A DNA stretch of 54,501 nucleotides, filler included, from Barthelona sp. PAP020 (lineage: Eukaryota), in the NCBI GenBank assembly GCA_040182905.1. It is 2 parts of 2 records of this genome, joined end to end, with 100 filler letters (N's around TTAATTAATTAA, not from the genome) between each part and the next. Parts side by side here need not be neighbours in the genome. Positions count along the whole stretch, not along the records: positions 27,500 to 54,501 come from JARQWU010000132.1; 1 more part is not named here. One strand, written 5' to 3'. The notes under the pieces are model-generated. The model saw only the letters and a program-made list of their open reading frames with translations, had not been told where the DNA came from and made no database searches. This document shows positions 30,533 to 43,500 of the stretch, in pieces (positions within the stretch are counted from its first letter, which is position 1; each line of letters begins with the position of its first letter). Both the position numbers and the translations under genes were made by a program.

Positions 30533-31237
30533 ATGAGTATTTTCTCGCATTTATTATTGAGAATAATAATATCAACCGTATTTATATGTATAATAGGAAA
30601 ATGTAGCATTGGTTCATATCAAAAAACAGAAAACTCGTTGGAATTTTTCTTTGATAGCAGTTCTTGTTCTTTATTTTATGATGTTATGGATAAAACCACT
30701 GTTCGACCCAAATTTATAAATGGAACAATTCGGTTAGGGGTTGATTCTTTGAAATATGTGAAATTATTTTTTGAGGAAGATTATTGCGATTACGAAGTGG
30801 TTGATGCTATGCCAAAATCATTTACTTGTGTTTCTGGTGGGTCTCTTTTGATTGAAAATCCATATATTCCAACAGTTTCTGTTGTATATGCTGGATTGGG
30901 CGATGATTTATCCAGTAGTTATTATATTACACATGCAATTGAAAGATTAATTTATTTAAAATTAGTTTTTGGTCGATTAAACTATGGTTATTCAGAGTAT
31001 TGTGAATTCCTTCTAGATTTTGATCCTTTTGAAAAATGTTCAGGAATTACTCTTGGTGGAGAATTTGTTAATGATTGTTTTTTCATTTTCCCGATGGATT
31101 TGGTTTTGTTTATTATCATCTTCATACTGGCTATTGGATTATTCGTTGTTTTTTATTTTTCGTTCAAATTACACAAGGCCAAAAGAGAAGCAAATACACA
31201 ATTAGCTCGAACAATTGGGTTATTCTATTCAGTTTAA
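30533..31237 (+). CDS. Predicted type-I membrane protein with a Cys-containing ectodomain
   Basis: Hydrophobic N-terminus, several Cys residues, a C-terminal TM helix (LVLFIIIFILAIGLFVVFYF) and a short basic tail. Confidence 0.75.
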   Translation: MSIFSHLLLRIIISTVFICIIGKCSIGSYQKTENSLEFFFDSSSCSLFYDVMDKTTVRPKFINGTIRLGVDSLKYVKLFFEEDYCDYEVVDAMPKSFTCVSGGSLLIENPYIPTVSVVYAGLGDDLSSSYYITHAIERLIYLKLVFGRLNYGYSEYCEFLLDFDPFEKCSGITLGGEFVNDCFFIFPMDLVLFIIIFILAIGLFVVFYFSFKLHKAKREANTQLARTIGLFYSV

Positions 31238-31537
31238 AAAAAAATTGTATTTTTGCCTGCTTCTGCGAACTGCGGTCAATTTGTTAATAAAAAACACAGT
31301 AGATATTTTATTGTTTTTGAAAAATAGAAGATAAGTAGATTTTTTTTTTCTAAGACCTGTGGATAATGTTATGGCTGGTATTTATTTCAACTGTAGTCAT
31401 TTAGTTTTATTCAGAGAAAATGAAAAAGGAAAACTGAATCAAAAATTCCATTTCTTTGATCGAAGTGATGAAAAGAAAGTTTGAACCAATGTTACAAAAA
31501 CAAAAACAAAAAGAAACAACTATTTATAATTGGTGAA

Positions 31538-34500
31538 TTATTTGAATTGAACAGGTTGTAAACAAACAAACCCTTTTTCATCATCTGTCATGTCAAAATG
31601 AAGATCATATAAATAAGTCTTTAAGAGTGAAAGATTTGCTCCATTCTTCATAGGAACAGCAACACAATTTTGTTGTACAATGGGATTTTTGATGTCTAAA
31701 ACAAACAGGAATAAATCATCGAATTTGACCCTTTTGCTAAAATTAAACACCAAATGGTTGCTGTCATTGATTTGAGAATAAGACAGTTCCAAATTACTTA
31801 TTCGAGTAACATATTCATGAGATTCATCTTGCATCAATTTATTAGTCCTTGAAAATACAACACAGCTTTCATTAAGGTTAATCGAAGTATTGGTGGTAGC
31901 TAAAGCCAATAACAACACATTAGGATATGAACATGTGTTAATTGCAATGTTCGAAAGTTTGAAAAGTTTTAAAATTTTAGAAACAACCTTTGAGTTTTCA
32001 TTTAATTCTAGTTCTTTCACTATTTCTTTATATAACCCAACAAACAATAAACAATGATTTCTTAAAGAATCAACAAACACATTGACATCATGTTCTATCA
32101 TGATTCGAGTATTTCCTGAATTTAATTTTGGGGGAGTGAATTCAGCAAAAAATAATTTTGGGTCATACAACCTCAAATATCTTGGAGGAACTCTTTTGGA
32201 AGGTAATACCAAGACTTCTGCAAAAGCATTCAAGCCATTCAATTTTCCCGTTAAAATTTCTCGCAATTTGTATAATTCTTCTAAAAACCATTTTTTTATC
32301 AAACAAGATGTTACCATCTCATTATATATATATTTGATCAGTAAAGAAACATTGGTTTTCAAATTTTCAGCAAATATTGTTTTGTAATCAATTGTGTCAA
32401 AGGATAATGAACGAATGTTCATGGTAATTTGATTCAAAAGGTCCATTTTCAATTTTTCTTGTAATTTATTTGACAAACCAAACTGTTCAATGTTAAGGTT
32501 GCGGAATATCTTTGTAGTCTTTAAATTAATCATTTCTAATGCTTGTTGACTCAAACCATTAATACCCAACATCAATTGAATTTTATTGGTGGTGATTAAT
32601 GCTTGCTTGTTATTCTGTCTCAAATATTCCCCAACTTCAGCCAATGTAAGTTCAGGAGTTGGGACAGCCAAACAATCACTGTTGTTCAAAAAATACTTGT
32701 TACCTATAACCATGTTAAACACATTTTGAACAAAAACTAAAGACTTACCGGAAGGCACAACCCAAGGATAGATTTTTGCCGTTAAATCAAATAAAATATC
32801 TTTCAAAGGCAATTTTGCTAATTCTTCTTGAGTGAAATGAGTCATAACATATGACATGCATCGAGTAACAACAATATCAGAAACAGGTGGATAACCAATC
32901 GTTGACAACACAACGTTCAAGGAAGAATGCAATATGCCTATGCCCAAACATACTCTTCCTGAAAAATTTGGAGAAGCAAATATAGTTGCTGTCATCAATT
33001 GATCAAAGAAGCTCTTTATACAGAAAGTCTCCTGTAAAATGGGACAAAAATCAGGCATTATTGAAACTGCATTCGAAGGTATTGTCGCCATTTTCTTTAT
33101 ACTGCTACTGAGGTTAAATATATCAAGAGAGTCGGTAATAATAAAGAGATGTTGGAATTTCTGCAATTGACTAACCAAAAATAAAATCTCAATGTTAAAG
33201 AATTCTGCATGTCTTACAGCCAAAAAATTGCCAAAGCTTTTGAGTTGCTTTTTGGTATAAACTTTTGTCATGTCAAGAAAAACGGTTTGTTGAGGTATTT
33301 GTTTTTCCATAACAAAAGGTATAATAATTATCTTGGCATCAGGATATTGTGTCAAAAGAATACCAGAAGTATCATCAGAATAAATAACATCAAAATCTTG
33401 ACTGAATGGTCCCAAACAAGTTTTTGGTAACAGAGGCTTCAAAAAGAAATCGAGGGCGTCAACCAACAGGTCATTTTTAAAGGTGATTAAAATTAAAATC
33501 ATATCAAATGTTTGTGTTAAATTTTGGCAATTAAACGTTTCATTTATTGTCAAGAAAGGACGATCTGAATCAATCCAATCGAATAACGCATTATCCTTAT
33601 CAACATTTTTTTCAATGAAATTCTTCAGTATGTTCAAGGAATCTTCACTTAAAAATTCAATCAACTGATCTAACTCAATGATGTCACCACTGCAAATTGA
33701 ACTGAAAGCTGCAATTTGATTAGACTTAATTATTTTTAAATGTTTTAAGAAAACTAAACCAACACTATGTCTGTTCAATACATCAACACAATTAACAATA
33801 TGAGATACAGCATCAGTCAACAACTTACACATTTCAATGATATAATCAGAATTATCAACTGTGTTCAATTCTTGTAAATTGTTATTTTCATTCTTGTGTA
33901 TAAAAAGGTCATTCAAACTATCTAATGATAACGCTATTGAACCGTCATTCAATCTATAAGTCAATTCACACATCGCTAAAGCTGATGCAAGAATTAATTC
34001 TTTCCCAAAGATTTGCTTATTAAAACGTTCGTTCAGATTGTTAACAATCCAATCAATGATAGTAATTGAATGACGTATTTCATTCAATTCTGAGAAAAAT
34101 TTAAGTATATTATCGACTAATTCGCTATTGATAGCGGTAAAATTCAAACGTTCCACAATCAAACTTACAATCTTTTGTTCCTTTTCAATCTCTAGCTTCT
34201 CATAATACTCTTTCATCCCAATAAACATTTTCAACAGTTTATATTCACTTTTACTTCTCTTTTTTGCTCCATAAATAACGCTATAGCTTTCCACTTCATT
34301 ATAATTAAATGTAAAATCAACGTATCTAACGTGTGATAATATGGGATCATTGAAGTAAGGATTTATCAAAGGATTGACAATAGAAACAAAAATTTTAAAT
34401 TTCTTTTGTAAAACATAGGTTTGCCCATCAATTGTACAATGGGTGTCGTGATTGGATAAATTCTTCAACAAAGAACTGAACCAAATTGGCAAGGAAAACT

Positions 34501-37500
34501 TAGGGTCATAATCGGTAAAGTAGATTGAGTTTCCATTCTTTATACAACTTAATACCTTTTGTTTCAAATCATAAATGTAAATGCTATAAATTTTCAAAGA
34601 TGAGTAATAATTCTTCAAAAAACTGTAACACAACTGCAGTGGATCAAAAACAATGAAACTCTTCATTGTAGGTAATAAAAACGATTTACTTACAATGTTT
34701 TCAATAGAATTCATAGGTATTAAAGCAGTAGATAGCACATCATAATCAACACATTTAATTATTGTACCAATGACACCTTTAAATTCACGTTCAATAATAT
34801 CAAAACATCTGGCATCATCAAAATCAAGTTGAGTTTTGGTAATCTCATTATCAAGTACAGGTGCAGTGCCATCTTCAACATTGGAAAATCCATGCATATC
34901 AGTATCCTTATATTTATTGCTTTCATCAGCAAAATTGTTATCCACAAAGATCTCATTCTCGCTTTCGCATGAATGTATTGATGAGGTATCGTTAATAAAT
35001 TGCATTTGAGTTGTATATCCCAAATCATTGTCATACACACTATCGATTTCACTTCGGTCACTTTCATCTATGGGCAATTTAGTTCTGATAATCTCAAATT
35101 CTTCTTCATCAGCCATATTATTTGAATAAATTAATGGTTCAACAATTGAGGTTATTTCACTTTCAACATCATCGTTTTTGGACTGATTACTCTGTCTATC
35201 ACGATTGCTCTCATTATCTTCAAATTTGAATTCATCTTTTCCATAAGCAGACCCTGACATTGACTTCAAAGAATTGATTATATCTTCTTTGCTTTGTTCT
35301 GTTGACGAAATAAGATCTTCATTGAAGAGACTCGTTAGATTCTCAATATTGGCAAACTGTTGACTGGCCACATCGTTATCTTCACTGAATTGAACCATTA
35401 AATGCTTTGGTGAATTAGATCTTGAAACAACAAGTGAATGTTCGTTTTCATCTTCTTCCATGATTTCATTGATTTGAACAAGATCTTTCAAATCCACAGC
35501 CATAAAATCAACAAATTTTTCCTTTTTTTCGGAACGTGCTTTTTTAATATTGCCACTGCTGCTGCTGTCAGTACTCACATCATCTGATATTGAAGCAAAA
35601 CTATCACTTGCAATATCTTCGTTTAAAGTATCATTATCATTCAATGTAAACATTTCTTTCATTTCTGAAGCGTTTGGAACCTTCATTTTGTAACATGTTG
35701 GCATATCAAAATCAAATATCTTCTTACAAGTACCTTGAATCAAATCTTTAATTCTATTCTTGTCTGTTTGATAGAATTCAGCAATTAACCTTCGGTCCAC
35801 TAAATCATTAATCATTGCAGTAAATATTTCTTCTTTTGCTTGGAAATCAAATCTTGGATATATTTCGAAGAAAAAGGCAATAATAATAGACATAACAACA
35901 GGACTTAAAGTTTGGTTTTCATTCTTATTCACAACACTATAGAGATCAGTTCTACTGCTAGTTTGACTATTAATTTGACTTTGACTTTGACTTTGACTGT
36001 GCATTTGGTTATGAAAATTCATACCACCACTTGTAATCGATGTTTTATTTTCGATATCAATAGCAACCATAGCTAAATTATCTTGCCATTGACCATTAAG
36101 TATCGTTAATTCTTTTAAACATTGTTGAGCTAACTCAGCGGATTTTTCTATCTTGCCAATAGAATCTTGCAATCTAACAATGGTTTTCATCGAATTTTTC
36201 AATTTTTTTTCCAAACTTTTTCTCTTTTTCTCAATATCAGTTAATTTATGTTGAGCATTGTTAAATTTATTCTGTACATTATCAAAATCCATTTGACATT
36301 TACGTTGTTGTGATTTAGATAAATCTAAAGGAATTTGTCTTTTGAAATTCTTAAAAATTAGCTCACAATATTGATACAACAATTCAAACAATAAATTACC
36401 TCTAATATTCCGGATTTCAGGTAATATATATCCTACAGCATCAATAGTACTGCCGTTTAACGTTTGAATATTGATTGAATTTAAAATGCTGAAAAAAATG
36501 GATAGATTGGTCGAACATCTTTTGAACTTTCTTGAAATATCTAAGTTTGTCGGTAATTTTGAAACATTTTCACTTAACATCAAAAAGATCTTCACAATTG
36601 GAAGATAAATTTGTGAGATAGTGTTCATTTTCCGAACTAAAATGATGTCAGCGTGTAATTTTTCTTCAAATTCATCTGTAGGTGGATGATTTAATGCACT
36701 TAACTTCTCATATATAATAGATAAATTGTTACGTAAGGGAAGGATCTTCTTTTCATAATCCTCAACCTCCAAATTGATATTGTCGATTAATTCTTTCTGT
36801 TTTTCAAGTTGAACTTCCAAATCTTTTAATTGTTTGGCAGATTCTTTATAACGTATTGTCTCTTGACCTAACAGACGTATGCAATCATTGGAACTACTTA
36901 TCTCACTGGATAATAAATTCTTTTTCATTCCCAAATCACCAATAGAACGCTCATTCTTTTCAAAAAACTTATCAATTACCTTACAACAATCAGAAAGCGT
37001 TTTATATTCAATCAAAGGCAACCTAGATAATATCAAATATGTCATCAAAAATGTATCAATAAATCGACAAATCAAAGGAATACATGGTTCATTCCAAGAA
37101 CCAATATTCTCCTGCAACTTTTCTTGAAGATCGTTAATTGCGCTATGATTCTTATCAATTTTAACACTGATTGAACTATAATATGTAGTAATTAGGTTCA
37201 TGGTGTTTGCCAAATGGAAACATATGGAATCTCGTTCCAACTCATCAAATTCAGGAATTTTTCCATCAAAGACTTTGAGATCAACTCCCATGAATGTGGG
37301 ATTTGTTTGTTCATTAATAATCTCATCTAACAACACTTGTCTGTACAATAACATATCAGAAATGTAATGAATACTGTTCTTTTCTTCATCAAATAACCTG
37401 GTAACAGAAATACCAGTAATAGACAATGGTAGCAGCTTTTCAATATGAACAAAGTTGTTCAGGTATTTAGGATGGGATATAATTGAAACTGTTAATCTAT

Positions 37501-40500
37501 TTTTCAGTAAATCTAAGGCAAATCTTGCCATTGCTACATCAGTATCAATATCTTCACTTTCATAAGCATGAAAAATATACTTCTTTTTAAAATCTTCCAA
37601 ATTCTCACCACAGATTTTCTTTAATAATAACCAAAAACCTTTCAGACTCTTTTCAGACCAAAAGGGATTCTCTATCTGATCAAAAAACAACAATTGGACA
37701 AAACTTTCAGAAATTTCTTTGTTTTTTTCTAAATTTAAGAAGAATTCATATGGTAAGATAGCCAAACATTTTCCATTGTTCAAACAATGAGTTATCATTC
37801 TAATCAACTCTTTTTTCATTTCTTCAAACTTACTTCTGACCTTAAATCTTAAACAAAGAATGTTATCTTCAGGAGAAATCAAAGAAGGCAAGACGTTCTT
37901 TTGAATGAACATTTCAACATCACTTAAAACTTCTTGAATCATTGTAAAACCTCCTATTTCTACACATATGTGATAGAACATTAAATATTGAATAAAACTA
38001 AATGATACACCAATGTTTAAAAAATTTTCATAATGGAATAGCCTTAGGAGTCTTCTCTTTAAAATAGCGATCTTCTTTACAAGTACAAAAGGTCCCATAC
38101 TGACATTTTTTCTTATTAATTCATTGGTTGATGATTTTCCACTAACTTTTTCAGCAGAATATTGATGAATAAATGTCATACGTTCAATTTGATTTAACCA
38201 ATCAAAAGATACTGTTTGATCTGTTTGTTTAATAAAAACGTCTAACGTTTCAACGATAAATCTACGATTATCAGGAGAACGAGTTCTTATATGAGTGTAT
38301 ATTTGTAAGAAACATCTCAAGAACATTAGTATTGAAATAAGTGGATTTTTTTCATTTGGCTTCAATTTATACATGATCTTCAAAATATAATTTCGATCAT
38401 TTATATTGAAATAGATGGAAGAATCGATAATAGATCTTGGAAAATTACTAATTAAAGTGTTGAATATATCATTAACACAAGTGTACACCATTTTTGTATA
38501 ATCAAAATTATTTTTCCAAAAGACATCATAATTGTCCAGATTTGCCAGAATTTTCTCCAAATCTAAATTTCTATATTCAGGATAAGGATATAGAATAACG
38601 GAAGAGGCATCAAACAAACCTTTAGTCCAATCAATATGTATGTAATTCTGATTTATGGCAAAAAAATTGACAACAAAAACCACAAAACAATTTTTGAATG
38701 TATATCTTTGATTCTTAATAGCAATTGGTTCTGATCTTGCTATATTAATGAAAAATTGAAATAATTCCTTTCCAAAAACTAACGAATTATCAACGCTTAT
38801 AATCAACTTTTTATTCTTTTTGGGAAAAATATGATTATTCTTTTGAACAGGCATAAAATCTACTAACTTTTCAAAGATACTATCAACAGTATCAACGGGT
38901 GTTAAAATAAAGGAATAACTTTCAAAAATTTCATCATTTTCAATCATGTTAGTCACTTCCTTCATGTAATCATTAAGATTGCTGAAATTTACAGATCGAT
39001 CCAAATCAAAATACACCGGTTTATCTATCAAATTCAAATCAATACAACATCCTAGCAACTGCCAATAATTCTTATAGTTTCGTTCTACTAACCCATTGTT
39101 CATACTCAATATCTTTGTTTGACATGCTTTTAACAACTCCAAATCAACCAAAGAATGAAATTGTGGACATTTTTTCATCAAGATATTATCATTGAGATAA
39201 TTGATGTAACCAACTTTTATTGGGTCTTTATTGATACAAACAATGCCAATTTCAAAAACTAATATGATTATTGACAAAAAGATCTCTATCTTTGTGTCGT
39301 TTTGATAGTGTTGAGAATATAAACTGAAAAATTCAAAGAATACTTCCAAAGTACATGAGATACCATTAAAAATTTTCATTTGAGTACATACGTAATTATT
39401 GCTTCCTAATTTCAATAAAAATTCATAAGAATCATTGATTATCCAGATTAACTCTTTTAAATCTTCCAAATTTAAACGAGATTTCCAATATATCAAATGA
39501 TTTTGAATTTTCTTAGTGCAAAATATGCGATTTAGGTTCATCAAATCAGTTTTAAACATTAAAGTAAAACTGAAATCCAATGTACGTAATATATCTGCTG
39601 TAGGTATGGTATTATGAGTTTTAATATCATATTCCATCAGATCAACATCAGTTTGAACGTTTTCATTGACATAATATAATATATGGGGCTTGACTTCAAA
39701 AGATGCAATTTTTGCTGAAAACTTATTGTATAACATTACATTAATAACTCTACAAATCTTATCAACAATCGATTTTATCATAATTATGTTCAAAGTTGTT
39801 GGAAAGACAATACAATGACATAATGGTGCAATAATAACATTAGTTTCCTCGGTTACTTTAATAAGTTCCATTTTTGACACAACTTCTTGAACCATCTGAA
39901 ACCCAAAAGCATTTAAACTATCAATAGATTGATAAGACTCAATAAAGTCCTCAAATCTTAAAGAATGAGATACAACAATGGTATTTGTATTTTTATATCC
40001 TTTAAACGATTTGACATACGTCTCAAAAATCTTGCTAATTAAATCACTCCAATAAACAGCGCCTTCTGAACGATATCTTATCAAAATTTCATTATTTTTA
40101 TAATTGAGTCCAGTTAATAACAATGTAATTGTGTCATACAAATCTTCTTCAACTATATTCAACGCTGAAAGATTTTTATCACTCAAAAATTCATGTTGTT
40201 GAATCATATCAAAAGTTTTGGTTGGTTTTATTAATTTCTTTCCAGGAATAGGTAATAGTGATACTCTTTCATCAATAGGCATACTGAAGAAGTTGGGATT
40301 AAAAGTTGACAAAGGAGATAGATAACTAATGATTGATTCTGTCAACTTTAGTAATTCCATACAAATGTCTGTGTAAGCAATGTTTTTGCCATACTTAGCA
40401 AATGATTTGACAAAACTCGAACTTTGAACAAATGACATCAACATTGCAATTTGTGTCTGAACAATTGAATCGTTCAATAAAAACAACTCTTGTTGTGTTT

Positions 40501-43500
40501 CCGATAATCCAAGGAAATAGATGTTTGATTTAGCAAGGGCATGTGACAGTGCTAAAGACAAATCAATGTCATAACTGTTTGATAATGCTAAAGAGATATG
40601 ATAACCAGGAACAACATGATCAGATAAAACTAGATAAACTTCATGACTTATTGAATAGAGTAAATCAATCTTAACTTCTGAAGATAAAATGACTTTAGCT
40701 GAAGGATATTTTTTCAATGTGCTTAAAAGATCTAATTGTTGTTTAGAAGATAAACCATCAACATCTCTCAAGAAGAGCAAAGTAAAACTGTCTAAAATTG
40801 CTTGAATTAAAGTGTCCAAAACTATATCAAAAGATTGATGAAATTCTACCTCTAACATAGGTAAAGAAAAAGTCAAAAATTCATATTTAATCACATTGCA
40901 TAAACCAGTAACAGTTGATAATTGATGAGTACGACAATCCCCTAATAATACAGGTACTAAACCATCTTCCATTAAAGTACCAATGATTTGATGATGTCTA
41001 GTGATATAAACTCCAGTTAAAATACCAGATTTATAACTAAAAGGATTAAATCCCAACTCAAAATCAGAAATTCCGTACATATTTGCTGTGTTTTTATAAA
41101 AATCAACGGTGATTTCTTGACGTTTGAAACATTTAGCTTCGTAATTATAAAATTGTTCATTTGTTAAAAAGTTTTGATATTTAAGAACTAATTCATTCCC
41201 GAAATCAAAAGAACCACTATTAAATTCTTCTTCTTCATCATCTTCATCATCGAATTCTTCGATCTCATCAATATTTAAATTTTCAAAATCAATATCTTCA
41301 GGAACATTCTTTTTTGTCATGTGGGAAGTAGAATACGAAGTGTTTGCTAGGTTTTTAAAATATAAATAATCTTTAAAGGCAAAAAGATGATATTCAGTCA
41401 TAATAGGAAATAAGACATTGCATAATTGGTCAATAAATACATTATTAGATTTGATGCTTTTATTCTTTGCTTTAAAAGCACATAAAACTATAAATATACG
41501 ATAGATCAAACAAGCATATTCATCTTCATTATCAATTAAAGGTTTTAATTTTATAATGATATTATTCAATAATCTGGAAGCATCATTAATTCTCAATTTA
41601 AATATGCTCTTTAACAGTTCTTGTATATCATAACTTTCAAAGAATAATGTCTCAATTTTAATAAGATTGGCGTTTACCAATTTTGTTTCTTGTGTCAAAA
41701 CACATTCTATAGCTTTACAAAGATCAACAATATCTGTCAATTCATTTAAGTTGATAGGCGTAGCAAAATTGACATGTTCAAAAATCAAGTTTTGTTGATC
41801 TTTAAAAGAACTAATACCAGATAAAAGAGATTTACTGCTCATTCTAAAAGAATTTTCATCAAAGTAAAGATCCATTATCAAATTGAAATTATATGCTTCA
41901 AAAGATAAAGCGGTATTGATGAATCCATCATTTATAATGATATTGTTGATTGAAGGGAAAATATTATGAACAAAATTGTTAATTAATCGCGTTTCAAAAT
42001 ATTCTTTTGATTGATACCCATTACCCACACTGTTGAAATCAGTGATGTTAATCTTTAACAGATCACTGTACTCAAATCTAAAAAAATGAAATACAGTAAA
42101 CATCAGTTTGGTATCATCCAATAATCCCAATCGTGGATACTTTTGAACAATCAAACTTTTGAAAATATTGAATAATCTACAAAAGTTTGGAACAGTTGTC
42201 GAGTACAATTTATCAAATACCATTGAATCTTTCAATCTTAACAAATTTTGCGAAAATTGAATGTTGTTCATACGAAAGATTTCATGAAATTCTTTCTGCT
42301 TATCAAATATTCGTTCATATATCTCATCACTTTCAGTAATCTTATTGCTGATAGTTGAGACATTCTCATTAGAATTCGGGTTTCCTCCACGATATCTATC
42401 AATCAAATGAAATAAAACAATGGAAAAATCAAAGATTAACCCCAAACAGAAAATGGAACAATAAAGTTTTCTTAGTTGCGTGATGTGATCAATGAGAGTA
42501 TCTACCGTTTCCCATAACTCTTCATTTTGATTCAAAATATCGTACAACTCTAACTTACATTCTAACAGCTTCTTTATTATTGGAACATCATCACATTCTT
42601 CCATTTTATAACTCTGTTTTTTGAAGAAAAAATCAAGCCCCAGTTCGTAACGATTCAAGCTCAAATCATGTTGTTCAATGAAACTACTGAATAAACTGAA
42701 CTCTTCGAAGACATTATGATTCATTATACCGTTGAACTTAAACTCATCATCCATTTTAAGCAAATAGCTATTATCACCCCCATAAGAGAAGGATGACAAA
42801 GATTGTTTGTCTGAAAGTCTATTTGGATGAGATTTATCCATTCCCAAATCAAATCCAAGTTGAGAATTTTGAGAACTATTTTTCGTAATTTCATTAAGAA
42901 TCGCTGGAATTGTTTCGTTACGAGTTAAATAAGCTCGCCAATGCCTTTGTAAATTAATAACATGTTCATTTCCTAAAGTCTGTAATTTTCTTTCATCATA
43001 GACTTTCAACAAATACTTTTCATATTTGACCCGATATCTCAATAAAATTCCTCGACATAGCCTTTGAATATAAATACAAACATCTTTTTTGGAAGGATCT
43101 TTCCAAAATTGTGTTGATTTCTGTTGACTCATTCTTAATTGCTTTTTCAACATCTGCTTATCCTTTAGGTTCTTTTTCAATTCAAAATCTTTCATTTTCT
43201 CTTCAACATAACGAATCTCTCTTTGCAAAGAACTGACAAACAATCTCAATTCTAATTGTTCTGTGGTTTCTTTAACTGTTTCTTTTTGTTTTGTCACCTC
43301 TAGCTCTTTATTCTTTAAATAAGCTTGATATGCAATGTTTTCATAAAATCTAAAAATAGAACTGTTCTTCACAAGATTAAAAGGAAAATTCTGATTTGTT
43401 AATTTGGTTGACATAATAACCCTTTCGATATTCTCCAAACGCAATCCCAACTTTTGAAATTCAATATGTTTATTTATTAAAAAGACAGTCATTTCATTCT

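Noticed and set aside
38132..38155. AEKVSGKS Walker-A-like pattern in the dynein-like protein
   Set aside because: It lies between the AAA3- and AAA4-like blocks, upstream of the expected P-loop position, and lacks a preceding hydrophobic strand. Probably chance.
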